Positions 32,713-43,072 of a stretch of DNA of 64,000 nt are shown piece by piece. Made by a program: the position numbers and the translations under genes. Numbering within the stretch: position 1 is the stretch's first letter; every line of letters begins with the position of its first letter. The stretch is from an uncultured Gemmatimonadales bacterium (GTDB taxonomy: Bacteria; Gemmatimonadota; Gemmatimonadetes; Longimicrobiales; RSA9), in assembly GCA_963798085.1 (NCBI GenBank), contig CAWCRS010000003.1:864001-928000 (forward strand), in the 5' to 3' direction. The notes under the pieces were generated by a model. That model saw nothing but the letters and a program-made list of their open reading frames with translations. It was not told the DNA's origin and did not search any database.

Positions 32713-33462
32713 TCACGGTTGGTGGATGAACTGCAGAGGATCGACCCCTCGGCCGTCCTTGCGAATCTCGAAATGTAGGTTTGGTGCCGACGAGCGGCCG
32801 GTCGATCCGGCCAGGGCTACGAGCTGCCCGCGTCCCACGCGGTCGCCTTCGCGCACCAGCACGCGAGAGGCGTGCCCGTAAAGCGATTCCATGCCTCCAC
32901 TGTGATCGATGACCAGATAGTTACCATACACGTCATCGCGGCGCACCTCCTTGACCACACCCGCCGCCATCGCACGAACTTGCGTCTCGGCTGGCACCGC
33001 AATGTCGATGCCCGGATCACTGCCTTTGCCCGCCGCATTCACGTCGCTCCGCGCCACGAAGCCCGGCACGGGCAGCGGCCACGCGAACGCCGGCGGATCC
33101 CCGTCAGCATTGTTGGCGTTGCGCAGTGGCGGGAGCACGAGACCGCTGTCGAGCACGGTGCCACCTGTCCCCAGCATCTGGCGCACGCGCTCGTACTGAG
33201 CCTCGACATCTGCCAGCGTTTGGGCAAGCTCGACGACGCGAGTCCGCTCCCCTTCCAGCTCTTCCAGTTCCCGCACCAGCGCCGGGACCCGACTGGCTTG
33301 TGCCGCGACGGGAAACCAGGACGCGATCACGACGCCGACGAACAGCACGACCACCGCACTCACACCGAGGGCGAGCTTGAGCTTGCCGTACGGTATTTCA
33401 TACGTGCGGGTCTCCAGATCTCCGTGTGGAACAACAATGAGCGTGAGCCGGCGATCATCCAT
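32713..33462 (-). CDS. Membrane-anchored M23/LytM-domain protein with degenerate zinc ligands
   Basis: Transmembrane helix and coiled coil, then WPL, DPGIDIA, YGNYLVIDH, GSTGRSSAPNLHFE. Confidence 0.85.
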   Translation of the reverse strand: MDDRRLTLIVVPHGDLETRTYEIPYGKLKLALGVSAVVVLFVGVVIASWFPVAAQASRVPALVRELEELEGERTRVVELAQTLADVEAQYERVRQMLGTGGTVLDSGLVLPPLRNANNADGDPPAFAWPLPVPGFVARSDVNAAGKGSDPGIDIAVPAETQVRAMAAGVVKEVRRDDVYGNYLVIDHSGGMESLYGHASRVLVREGDRVGRGQLVALAGSTGRSSAPNLHFEIRKDGRGVDPLQFIHQP

Positions 33463-33496
33463 GCTGCTTCCTCTGGCGGCCAGGTGGGGTGTGGCT

Positions 33497-34396
33497 TCAG
33501 GAGACCACGTCGACCGCGGACTTCCCGGCAACGAGTTCGAAGACCCGCTCAAAATCTTCGGCACCGTAGAATGGGATCTCAATGCAGCCACCCGGTCCAC
33601 GGCCCCTGCGGATGCGCACGGGTGTCCCTAACACGCGTTGCAACTCGTCCTCGAGCATCCGCTCCGTCGGATCTCGCACCTTCTTTTCCTTGCGCGGCTT
33701 GCGCTGCGGTGAGCGCTGCTTCTGGACGTGTGCCTCCAGCTCGCGCACACTCCAGCCCTCGTCCGCTGCCGACAGCGCCACTTCGGCCATGCGTCGTTCA
33801 TCGGCCAGGCTGAGCAGCGCCCGCGCGTGTCCGGCCGTCAGCCGTCCGTCCGCCAGCAGCTGCCGCACGGATGCTGGCAAACTCAATAGTCGCAACGAAT
33901 TAGCTACAGTGGACCGATCTTTCCCCACGAGCTCGGCAATCTGTTGCTGGGATAGCGAGAACTCGTCCCCCAGCCGGCGATAGCCCTCGGCCTCTTCGAG
34001 CGGCGCGAGCTCAGACCGCTGGAGGTTCTCAACCATGGCCAGAACCAGCAGCGTGCGGTCGTCGACGTCCCGGACAATCGCCGGTATCTCCTTCCATCCC
34101 AACCGCATAGCGGATCGCCAGCGGCGCTCTCCTGCCACCAGCTCGTACTGCACCACACCCTGCCCTGGCTTCGACCGCACCACAATGGGCTGGAGCAGCC
34201 CGTTCTCGCGTATCAATGCGGTGAGATCGGCCAGTTCCTGCTCGGAGAACTCGCGTCTTGGCTGATAGGGGTTAGGGGCGATAGCGGACACGGGGATCAT
34301 TCGCGCCTGGATCGTCGACGGCGCGCCGCTCTCCCCGAGATACTCGCCGAGGAGAGCTCCGAGGCCGCGGCCGAGGCGGTCCCGTTTCGTGCTCAT
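33497..34396 (-). CDS. parB: Chromosome partitioning protein ParB
   Basis: NPYQPRREF, GLLQPIVV, VAGERRWR, ENLQRSEL, HTH GKDRSTVANSLRLL. Confidence 0.97.
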   Translation of the reverse strand: MSTKRDRLGRGLGALLGEYLGESGAPSTIQARMIPVSAIAPNPYQPRREFSEQELADLTALIRENGLLQPIVVRSKPGQGVVQYELVAGERRWRSAMRLGWKEIPAIVRDVDDRTLLVLAMVENLQRSELAPLEEAEGYRRLGDEFSLSQQQIAELVGKDRSTVANSLRLLSLPASVRQLLADGRLTAGHARALLSLADERRMAEVALSAADEGWSVRELEAHVQKQRSPQRKPRKEKKVRDPTERMLEDELQRVLGTPVRIRRGRGPGGCIEIPFYGAEDFERVFELVAGKSAVDVVS

Positions 34397-35208
34397 CGCG
34401 CGGCCTGCCCTTCGGTCCTGCGGGCCGGCTTCTCTGCTTGCTCTTTCTCTCGATCAATGATCTCGCGCGCGAGGGCGAGGTAGGCCTGGGCACCCGCGGA
34501 GACAACGTCGTAGAGCAGGATGGGCTTGCCGAAGCTGGGCGCTTCCGCCAGGCGAACATTGCGGGGAATGACGCTGCGAAAAACGCTGCTGCCGAAATAC
34601 TCCTTGGCCTCTTCCGAGACCTGGCGCGAGAGGTTGAGGCGCTGGTCGAACATGGTCAGCAGGACGCCCTCGATCTGCAGCGTCGGATTGAGGTTCTGCT
34701 GGACCAGGCGGACCGTGTTGAGCAACTGGGAAAGTCCTTCCAGCGCATAGAATTCGCACTGGATGGGAATGAGCACTGCATCGGCGGCAGTGAGTGTGTT
34801 CAGCGTCAGCAGCCCGAGAGACGGCGGGCAGTCGACGAGGACGTACTCGTACCGGCCGCGCGTCTCGGCGAGGGCGCGCCGAAGCACCTGTTCGCGTTGC
34901 GGCTGGTTGACGAGTTCGACCTCGGCACCGACCAGGTCCTGATTGGCGGGCGCCACGTCCAGGTACGGGAAGTGCACGCCGTGCTTGATGATACGCTCGA
35001 TGGGCACGCCATCGACCAGGGCGTCGTAAATGGACAGCTCGATGGAGCCGCGGGTAATGCCGAGCCCGCTTGTGGCATTGGCCTGCGGGTCCATATCGAC
35101 CACCAGCACCTTGCGCTCGGCGACGGCGAGCGCCGCGCCGAGGTTGATGGCGGTAGTGGTCTTTCCCACGCCGCCCTTCTGGTTGGCAATGGCGATGACG
35201 CGGGGCAT
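34393..35208 (-). CDS. parA: Chromosome partitioning ATPase ParA/Soj
   Basis: NQKGGVGKTT, DMDPQAN, DCPPSLG, QCEFYALEG, IPRNVRLAEAPSFG. Confidence 0.97.
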   Translation of the reverse strand: MPRVIAIANQKGGVGKTTTAINLGAALAVAERKVLVVDMDPQANATSGLGITRGSIELSIYDALVDGVPIERIIKHGVHFPYLDVAPANQDLVGAEVELVNQPQREQVLRRALAETRGRYEYVLVDCPPSLGLLTLNTLTAADAVLIPIQCEFYALEGLSQLLNTVRLVQQNLNPTLQIEGVLLTMFDQRLNLSRQVSEEAKEYFGSSVFRSVIPRNVRLAEAPSFGKPILLYDVVSAGAQAYLALAREIIDREKEQAEKPARRTEGQAAR

Positions 35209-35280
35209 CCAGCTCCTGGCAGCCAGCGGTTGCATGTGAAGGGGGTCGCAATATATCCGGCATGCTCGTGCCCGGAAAGC

Positions 35281-35296
35281 TGTTTCACGTGAAACG
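35281..35296. promoter_or_regulatory. parS site
   Basis: TGTTTCACGTGAAACG, 15/16 match to TGTTTCACGTGAAACA, 72 bp upstream of parA. Confidence 0.9.
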
Positions 35297-37029
35297 CAGG
35301 TTCGTACCGCTTCGCGTTGGTCCAGAGCTCACGCGAAGGGCGGCAACCCTGCGGCGGAGCCCGGTTGACCCCAACCTGCTCTGACCAATGGCTCCGTCTT
35401 GGACACCTTTGCGGTTTCGAGGGATGCACACACGCACCCGCGAAGCGGCGAATGGCCGAGCGCGTCGCCGCAACGCGGTCGACCGGCCCGTGGCGAGCCG
35501 ATTTCCCTCGAGGCAGTGCGTCTCAGGGGAGTCTGGGCATACCAGACCCAAGCTGCCGCCAGCTGTCAGCTGCTGCGGTCCGGGTTCACGAGACGGGATG
35601 GCGGGCTGATAACTCGCAGAGGCACGACCTGATAAGTCGCAGAAGCACGCCCGGCACCACGCGCCTCGTGCTCCAAGGCGCGGAACGCCTCCCGGCTGCA
35701 GCCTGCCTGCGATTCGCGGCCGCCACCCTGGGTTGCGGGTGGATCGTTGGCGACGTCGTGTCCGACCCATCCGGCCCGAACCATTGGCTCTCCCTTCGGA
35801 CGCCTGCGTCGTTCCATTTCGGCTTCCTGGATTGGCAGAGGCGAGCTTGGAGAGGGCTGATGGCGAAGGGAGCACCTCGATAGCGACGGCGTGGTCAGAC
35901 CGCCGGAGCTCGTGCCCAGGCCAATGTCCCCGTCACGCGCGCGCCCAGGAATGGCTGACGCAGCTCAATGGCACCGTTCGAGATGCCGGCTGGTCCTGCT
36001 GCCGGAGCCGGCGTGCGCTGGCACCTGAGCATTTCGCAGAGGCTTCCCCGAGCGCTGTGGTCGGTCGGGAGCGCCGGAAACGGCATTGCGCTAACTCATT
36101 GACACGCATTGCAATGGCCTCTCCGCCCAGTCGCGTGCAATCCTGAGACCTTGTGAGTCAGGGCTGGCTGTGGAACAGGCACCGTTTATCTGGGCGTACC
36201 TTGCCTCACTGATTCATCACGCAGGAGGAGAATCGCCCGCCTCCGACTTCAAGGCCTCCACTTTCTATGACCGCGGACAATGTCGTCCAGTCTGCGGCAC
36301 GGCCTCTTGCTGATGGGCACCTGTGCGCTTGCGCGGTGACGGAGGTGCGCAACGATCCCGGAGCGCGCGCAGGGGTGACGGGACTTGCGACCGCCTGCTG
36401 GGCTGCGAAGACCGGAGCGGCGCCGCCGGGGGGATCACCACCGAAGACGGCCACATGAAACGGGCTGCATCCGCGGCGGCCTCATGGCTGTGGCTGCCCC
36501 CCCATCATTATCGACGACCGTACAGGGACGAGCGGGAGCGACGGGGAACCGCAGGGCCGGTGATCAGCTGGAGCGTTGCTGGATCGACGCCGGTGCTGGG
36601 CGCGTTCGCGGCCGTGGGTAACACGGAGTTGAGTGAGCCCAGCATCGAGGAGCGCGGCCGGGAACAGTCCGTTGGACAGAATTGGCGACCGCACCTGGGC
36701 CCGAAACGTCAGCAACCAAAGGAGTTCCCGCTGCTCCAGGGCGCTTTGCCGCCACAATCGCGGGCGATCCCGGGCTTCCCAGAATCGGCGTTTGCTTGCT
36801 CCGCGGCAGGCGCGACCGTTGGCATCCGGCCCGGCGCTGGGCACGCCCACGCACGCACTGCCTGCCGAGCGGAAGCGGGAACTGCACCCACGGGCGAAGG
36901 GCAGCTCTGGGCACGAGGACAGACAGCCGGGGTGCTGGCCTTCACGCCGGCCGGCAGGCAGACGGAACAGGCCACGCGCTCGGTGCCCGCCTGCGGCCGG
37001 TGAGCGAGCGCGCCCGGCTGAGGCGCGGA

Positions 37030-37045
37030 CGTTTCACGTGAAACA
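37030..37045. promoter_or_regulatory. parS site
   Basis: CGTTTCACGTGAAACA, 15/16 match to the consensus. Confidence 0.9.
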
Positions 37046-37810
37046 TCTCCCCTGGATCGATGGCAGCCGGTCCTCCCGTTCGCTGCCGCTGCCGCAGGTG
37101 CCCGGCTACAGCCGCCTTTGCAGTCCCGCTCAGCGCCCTTGCGTGCAGCCGAAGCCGGTGATGGGAGCACATCGCGCCGCCGCCGGTGACTCGAAGCGGC
37201 GCCGCCGGACGAGTCATAGGCAGATCCGCTGCGATTCGCTTAAGTGACTGTGATATATTGCGATACGCCATAAATGACAGCCGCAGGGGTTGCTCTCTGA
37301 CACCCATTCACGTGCTCGCCTGCGGGTGCAACCACGCAAGTGTCCGAGAGATCAGCGACCCCGACCGACGTCGATGCAACGCGCGTACTGGATCTGCCGC
37401 CCTGCCACTGAGCGCATTCGGTGGCTCGTCCAGGACTGACCGAGCGCGGGTAGGCCGGGTCCTCCGGTCAAGCCCACGGAGAAAAACGAGCGGCTACCGC
37501 GCGGGCTCGCGCCCGACAAGCAGAGCACATCGACTGCAGAATCCCGGAACCGCTCCGCTCCTCGAGCTGTGGGTACCCCGACGGCGACCGGACGGTCGGC
37601 ACGCAACGCCATACCGTACAACACGTTGCAGGTCGGCGATCAGAAGAGGTGCGGCCCGGCGAGCGCTGCGAGCAGGCACGCACTCGCCTCCTCGCGGCCG
37701 TGCCGAGGGCGTCCGCTCGCGCCGGTTGCGCATCCGCTCGAGTTCACGGAGTCTTCAGGAAGGTGCCCGGGTCGACCGGGGTCCGGAGCCACTGCATCGC
37801 AGGTAAGTCT

Positions 37811-38104
37811 ATGCAGCAGCACGACATGGAAGCCGTGCGGCGGAAATTCCTGGTGTTCGGCAGGGTGCAGGGTGTGGGCTTTCGGGCCTGGACGATCCGG
37901 CGGGCAACCGAGCTGCAGCTCCGAGGCACCGTACGAAACCGGCCGGATGGCGCGGTCGAGGTTGAGGCGCTGGGAAGTGGCCCGGCCGTGGCACGGCTGC
38001 GTGAACTGCTGGCGCGCGGTCCCGCATCTTCGCAGGTGCGTGATGTGCGCGAGCTGGCGGCGGGCGCCGACCCGCTGCCGGCGGGCTTCGATGTGGCGTG
38101 GTGA
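37811..38104 (+). CDS. acyP: Acylphosphatase
   Basis: GRVQGVGFR, GTVRNRPDGAVEV. Confidence 0.9.
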   Translation: MQQHDMEAVRRKFLVFGRVQGVGFRAWTIRRATELQLRGTVRNRPDGAVEVEALGSGPAVARLRELLARGPASSQVRDVRELAAGADPLPAGFDVAW

Positions 38105-38644
38105 GGCAGGTATCTCCCGCACGCAGGAGCGCACGCGAGCGCGGCACGCACCTTCTAACACACAATTGCGAACCGAGGCAGCGCGAGCCTGCGCTCGTCG
38201 CACCGCAGCACCCAGCACCAACAGCGCGGGCGCGAGAAGCACTGTTCCCTTCCGCTTCATCGGCTCCCACATCAGCAGGTCACGTCGCTGGTGGCGACCA
38301 TGGCAGACGCGTTCGTTGCGCGGCGCTGTCATGAAGTGAGCGTGGTGGCTGATCGTTATCCGTTACGACCCCAACGCACGGCGCCGCGAGACCCGCAGCC
38401 GGACGGTTGGAAGGCCGCGCTTCGGTGAAGGCGCACTGAAGGCTGGAATTGCGACCGCTTCCGGACAGCCCGCAGATTCCTAACACGACATTGGCAGACG
38501 CCAAAAAACACGTCCGGTCGTGGACCGCGCCCGACTGCTCGCGGTGCCGGCCGCCGTGCGCCGACAGCCGGCGTTGCCATCCGGATCGAGCGGTTTGACT
38601 TGGGCCGGAGCGCCGTTCGGGCGATTCGCGCGCCGCTAATGTGT

Positions 38645-38676
38645 AGTTAGGAAGCCCCGGCACCCCGTGCCGGGGC
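38645..38676 (-). terminator. Hairpin downstream of yidC
   Basis: GCCCCGGCAC-CCC-GTGCCGGGGC perfect stem with a weak T tract. Confidence 0.5.
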
Positions 38677-38762
38677 GCGGCCCGCGGCGCGTGGGGCGCC
38701 GATTCGTGCGGGCTGCAGGATCGCTTCGTGGGGCCGGCGCCGGGGACGCGGCTCCGCCGGGG

Positions 38763-40430
38763 CTATGACTTGGGTTTCGGCGTTCCCATGCGCCGCTGGC
38801 GTTCCTTCATGATCTGCAGCTGCTGCGGCACCGACGCGATGTTCATGGACGCGTAATAGAGGTTGAGGCCGGAGGCGAAATTGAGGAACAGGAACGTCAG
38901 GAATGCCGGCATGAAGTAGGTCATGTACTTCATCTGCGCGGGAGCGTCCTTGGTCGTGCGCATGTTGAGCCACTGCTGCACGAACATGCTGAGGCCCAGC
39001 GCGACGGGCAGGATGTAGAACGGGTCTTTGCGCGCCAGGTCGGGCAGCCAGAGGAACGGTACGCCGCGGAATTCGATCGTGCTCTGGAATACGAAGAAGA
39101 GCGTGATCAGCACGGGCAGTGGCAGCAGCATGGGCAGGCAGCCGCCCGCCGGGTTGAAGCCCTCTTCCTTGTAGAGCTTGAGCATCTCCTGCTGCAGTCG
39201 CTGCGGGTCCTGCTTGTACCGGGTCTGGATGTCCTTGATGCGCGGCTGCAGTTCCATGTTCTTGAGCTGCGAGCGCATGGCCTTGGCGTTGAGCGGCCAG
39301 AGCACGAAGCGGATGAGGAAGCCGAACAGGATGAGCACCCAGCCATAGCTCAGGCCGAGCGCGCGATGCATCTGGAGCAGGGCCCAGGTGATGGCGTGGC
39401 CCAGCGGCCGCAGCACGGGCTGCAGGAAGCGCCAGCCGAAAACGCTCACGTCCTGCAGCTGGTTGTTGAGCGCCGCCATGCGGTCGAATTCCTGCGGCCC
39501 GACGTAAATGCGGTAGGCGAGCCGGCCGCTCTGGTCGGCGAGCAGTGTGGCGGTCAGGTGTGCGGTACCCGGGAGGCCGGTCGTGTCCGCAATCAGACCG
39601 CCGAACGGCATGGGTGACGAGTCCGCCTGCATCGCGGCAACCAGGAAGTACTTGTTCTTGAGCGCCCACCAGTTGAGCGGTCCGTTGTCGACGCGCGACG
39701 CGTGGAAGCGGGCCAGTGAAACGCTCTGGATTCCGGTCTGCGGGTTGTTGATGACGTACGCGGCAGCCCGCTGGTCCTCGGTGGGCACGGCTTCATTGGA
39801 GCGAAGCGCGGGGCCGGCATCGATCAGGAGCTGAGGCGTCGTCGTGGTTCCGACGACCTGGGCGGTGACATCCACGACATAGCTGTCGGGCCGGAACGTG
39901 TACGTCAGGACCATGCCCACGCCGGTGGCAGGATCCGACCAGGTGAGTCGCAGGGGTGTGGGCTGTTGTCCTTCGGCCAGGCGCAGGCCGGCGGCCGGCG
40001 AGACGGTGAACGTGGCGCCGCTGAGCTCCACGGTACGCTCGCCGATGCGCAGGCGGTGTCGAATGAGGCCCGGCCCGGCCGGCGGCTCGAGCTGGACCGG
40101 CTGTCCCTCCAGTCCGGGCGCGAACGACTCGTAGCGGAGCAGCTCTTCGGAGACCAGCGCGCCACCCAGCGTGGAAATGCCGAAGCGGTAGAGCGGTGAC
40201 TCGACGCGCACCGTGTCGGCGTGGGCGGTCGCCGGCGTCGGCGCTGGTGGAGTTACCGCTCCCAGTGCGGGCGCGGGGACCGCGGGCGGCTGCGCGGGAG
40301 TCGTCTGCGCAGCCGTATCGACATCGACCGTCGCCGGCGGCGGCCGGCGCACCGGTGGCAGCAGGATATTGGTGAGGATGACGACGGCGATCATCAGGAT
40401 CACCGCCAGCAGGAATCGTCCGCTCTCCAT
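38763..40430 (-). CDS. yidC: Membrane protein insertase YidC
   Basis: YVGPQEF, YGWVLILF, MELQPRIKDIQ, GGCLPMLL, FLWLPDL..DPFYILP, SGLNLYY. Confidence 0.95.
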   Translation of the reverse strand: MESGRFLLAVILMIAVVILTNILLPPVRRPPPATVDVDTAAQTTPAQPPAVPAPALGAVTPPAPTPATAHADTVRVESPLYRFGISTLGGALVSEELLRYESFAPGLEGQPVQLEPPAGPGLIRHRLRIGERTVELSGATFTVSPAAGLRLAEGQQPTPLRLTWSDPATGVGMVLTYTFRPDSYVVDVTAQVVGTTTTPQLLIDAGPALRSNEAVPTEDQRAAAYVINNPQTGIQSVSLARFHASRVDNGPLNWWALKNKYFLVAAMQADSSPMPFGGLIADTTGLPGTAHLTATLLADQSGRLAYRIYVGPQEFDRMAALNNQLQDVSVFGWRFLQPVLRPLGHAITWALLQMHRALGLSYGWVLILFGFLIRFVLWPLNAKAMRSQLKNMELQPRIKDIQTRYKQDPQRLQQEMLKLYKEEGFNPAGGCLPMLLPLPVLITLFFVFQSTIEFRGVPFLWLPDLARKDPFYILPVALGLSMFVQQWLNMRTTKDAPAQMKYMTYFMPAFLTFLFLNFASGLNLYYASMNIASVPQQLQIMKERQRRMGTPKPKS

Positions 40431-40457
40431 TGAATCGTGCTCCCCAGGGACCGCGCT

Positions 40458-40670
40458 TCAGGGCACTGGATCGTAGCCGCTTCCGCCCCACGGGTGGCAC
40501 CGCAGGAGGCGACGCATTGCCAGCCAACCGCCGCGTGCGGCGCCATGCTTGCGCACGGCCTCTTCAGCATAGGCCGAACAGGTCGGCGTGTAGCGGCATG
40601 CGGGTCCGAGCCAGGGCGACACTCCCGATCGGTAACCGCGAATCATGATCAGGAGAAACCGCGCAGCCAT
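40458..40670 (-). CDS. yidD: Membrane protein insertion efficiency factor
   Basis: [27 protein letters not shown]. Confidence 0.95.
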   Translation of the reverse strand: MAARFLLIMIRGYRSGVSPWLGPACRYTPTCSAYAEEAVRKHGAARGGWLAMRRLLRCHPWGGSGYDPVP

Positions 40671-41041
40671 TGTTGTTCCAGCCAATCCACCAACTCCGTA
40701 CGCAACTCGGCGAACGTAGCTTCGTATGCCGTTCGCCGCGCTCGCACCAGCACGTCGCGTCGGGTGTCCCGGGATTGCATCCGGGGCAGGATCTCGACGC
40801 GGAGGATCTCCCGCAGGCGGCGTTTCACCCGGTTCCGATCCACCGCTGTGCGGCCATGGCGAGGTACGACTACCCCCGCCCGTGTAGAAGCGAAAGGGGA
40901 AGCGGAGTCGTAGACGTCCAGGTGGGCCGTCCGGCTCCTCTTCCCCCGTGTCATCAGTGCGCGGATCTCAGTACCGCGCGTCAACCGCCGCGAACGTGGA
41001 AGCCTTCGATCGTGCTCGCGGCCGTCCCCCGCCGCGATCAC
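40649..41041 (-). CDS. rnpA: Ribonuclease P protein component
   Basis: [21 protein letters not shown] (RNR motif); position between rpmH and yidD. Confidence 0.9.
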   Translation of the reverse strand: MIAAGDGREHDRRLPRSRRLTRGTEIRALMTRGKRSRTAHLDVYDSASPFASTRAGVVVPRHGRTAVDRNRVKRRLREILRVEILPRMQSRDTRRDVLVRARRTAYEATFAELRTELVDWLEQQWLRGFS

Positions 41042-41049
41042 GGGGACCG

Positions 41050-41202
41050 TTACTTCGAACCCACGGACACGACGAGGTGCTTCCGGCCCTTCCGGCGCCG
41101 CCGGTTGAGCGTCTCGCGTCCGGCCTTTGTCGACATCCGTGCGCGGAACCCGTGCTTGTTCTTGCGCTTGCGGTTGCGCGGATTGAACGTCGGCTTGCCC
41201 AT
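41050..41202 (-). CDS. rpmH: 50S ribosomal protein L34 (50 aa; absent from the ORF track)
   Basis: [50 protein letters not shown]. Confidence 0.97.
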   Translation of the reverse strand: MGKPTFNPRNRKRKNKHGFRARMSTKAGRETLNRRRRKGRKHLVVSVGSK

Positions 41203-41322
41203 TCCTCAGCACTCCAGATCGAGATCGCGTCCAGCGGAGCTTGGAAGTATAAGTCTGCCGCGTCGGGTGGGTCAACGCCGCATGGAGGATTCCGGGCTGA
41301 GTCGAGGACTCCCGCGATTGAC

Positions 41323-41331
41323 TTATCCACA
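41323..41331 (+). promoter_or_regulatory. DnaA box in the dnaA/rpmH promoter region
   Basis: Perfect TTATCCACA. Confidence 0.85.
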
Positions 41332-41390
41332 TCTGCGGCCTACCTTGGCGCGCCTCGAATTCGTGACCCGCCCTTCCGAAACGAAAGCCA

Positions 41391-42770
41391 ATGGAACTGA
41401 CGGCGTCGGAGGCATGGACCCGCATACTGGAGCGGGCCCGGCCTCTTCTTCCCGACCACACGTTCCGCATCTGGCTCGAGCAGACCGAGCCCATCGCGCT
41501 GACGGATGAGCAGCTGGCCGTGGGAGCGAAGGACGCCTTCGCAGCAGAGTGGATCCAGGACAAGTACGGTGTACTGCTGGCGGACGTGGCGGAACGTGTA
41601 TTCGGACGACGCCTGAACCTCGCGTTCAAGGCCCATCCGCGCGGTGCTGGCGACCGCCGGCCATCGCCGTTCGCGGGCAGCGAGCAGTCGTCGCCGGCGC
41701 CGATGGCGGCGGCGGCCGCGCCATCGCGCACACCGGTGGCAGTGGGAGCGGCGCTCAACGAGCGCTACTCGTTCAGCCGCTTCGTGCGCGCGCCGAACAA
41801 CGAGCTGGCGGCAGCCGCGTGCCTTGCGGTGGCGGAGGCTCCCGCCCGCATGTACAATCCACTCTTCATTTACGGTGGTGTCGGGCTGGGCAAGACGCAT
41901 CTCATGCACGCGATCGGACACGCGATCGCGGCGAGGGATCCGGCGAAGCGCATCGCCTATGTATCCAGCGAGCGCTTCACCAATGACATGATTGCATCGA
42001 TCCAGGAAGGTCGCATGCCGGATTTCCGCCGCCGGTATCGCGAGATCGATCTGCTGCTGATCGATGACGTGCACTTCCTGGGTGAGAAGGAGCGAACGCA
42101 GGAGGAGTTCTTCCACACGTTCAATACGCTGCACGAAGCGCAGCGGCAGCTGGTGATGACCAGCGATCGTCCGCCCAAGGACATACCCGGGCTGGAGGAG
42201 CGGCTGGTGTCGCGCTTCGAATGGGGTCTGGTGGCCGACATCAAGGCACCCGATCTGGAGACCCGTGTGGCGATCCTGCGCAAGAAGGCGGAAGACGACA
42301 AGATCGCGCTGGACGATGAGGTCCTGGAGTTCATTGCCAGAAACTGCCGGTCCAATGTTCGTGAGCTGGAAGGCGCGATCATCAAGCTGCTCGCCTATTC
42401 CTCGCTCACGCGTCGTGACGTCACGACGGAATTGGCCCGTGAAGCGCTGGGCGGCGTGCTCAAGGAGCTGGACGCGACGCCCGAAGTCACGGCGCAGCTC
42501 ATACGGCAACGGGTCGCCGAGCAGTGGGGTGTGACGGTCGATGGTCTGACGTCGAAACGACGCACGCGGGAACTGACCGTGCCTCGCCAGGTGGCGATGT
42601 TCCTGATCCGCGAGCTGCTCGATGTGCCGCTCGTGGAGATCGGCAAGCTGTTCGGTGGACGCGATCACTCGACCGTGATTCACTCCGTCGGCAAGGTGGA
42701 AGAGGATCTGCGTGCCGACACGGAGCTGCGTACGCGCGTGGAGCTCGTGCGCGGGCTGCTGCGCGGGTGA
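41391..42770 (+). CDS. dnaA: Replication initiator DnaA
   Basis: YNPLFIYGGVGLGKTHL, LIDDVHFL, QEEFFHTFN, RDHSTVIHS. Confidence 0.99.
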   Translation: MELTASEAWTRILERARPLLPDHTFRIWLEQTEPIALTDEQLAVGAKDAFAAEWIQDKYGVLLADVAERVFGRRLNLAFKAHPRGAGDRRPSPFAGSEQSSPAPMAAAAAPSRTPVAVGAALNERYSFSRFVRAPNNELAAAACLAVAEAPARMYNPLFIYGGVGLGKTHLMHAIGHAIAARDPAKRIAYVSSERFTNDMIASIQEGRMPDFRRRYREIDLLLIDDVHFLGEKERTQEEFFHTFNTLHEAQRQLVMTSDRPPKDIPGLEERLVSRFEWGLVADIKAPDLETRVAILRKKAEDDKIALDDEVLEFIARNCRSNVRELEGAIIKLLAYSSLTRRDVTTELAREALGGVLKELDATPEVTAQLIRQRVAEQWGVTVDGLTSKRRTRELTVPRQVAMFLIRELLDVPLVEIGKLFGGRDHSTVIHSVGKVEEDLRADTELRTRVELVRGLLRG

Positions 42771-43072
42771 TGGAGTGAGGATAGCGCGTGGAAGCAATGT
42801 GTATTTGCGCCACGCTCTCCACAGCGAGGGGACGGGACTGTGGGAACGGTGGACAGCATGGCAGATCCGTACAGGTCGAATGAACACGAGGCATGAGGGT
42901 GCATTGGCGCATGATCGACGAATATCGGAGGTGTCGCATTGGCTTATCCACGGTTCCACATTGCCTATTACTATGACTGAGAAATATCTCTTATTTACTG
43001 GAAGATCTGTTCTGTGTGGGAACCTGACCGGAATGGCGCCGGCAGGACGACGCGTCTGATCGGGGTGAGCGC
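42771..43072. other. Putative oriC (dnaA-dnaN intergenic region)
   Basis: Tandem boxes TTATCCACG/GTTCCACA at 42944-42960, TTGCC spacer, TAT-TAC-TAT-GAC trio-like run, AT-rich tract; further box-like CTCTCCACA and TGTGGGAAC x2. Confidence 0.85.

Noticed and set aside
35300..37800. ORFs or known ncRNAs (rnpB, tmRNA, SRP, tRNA-Sec) in the parS gap
   Set aside because: Translations are Arg/Ala/Pro-rich without motifs, and no hallmark RNA sequences were recognised by eye. An Infernal scan is still needed.
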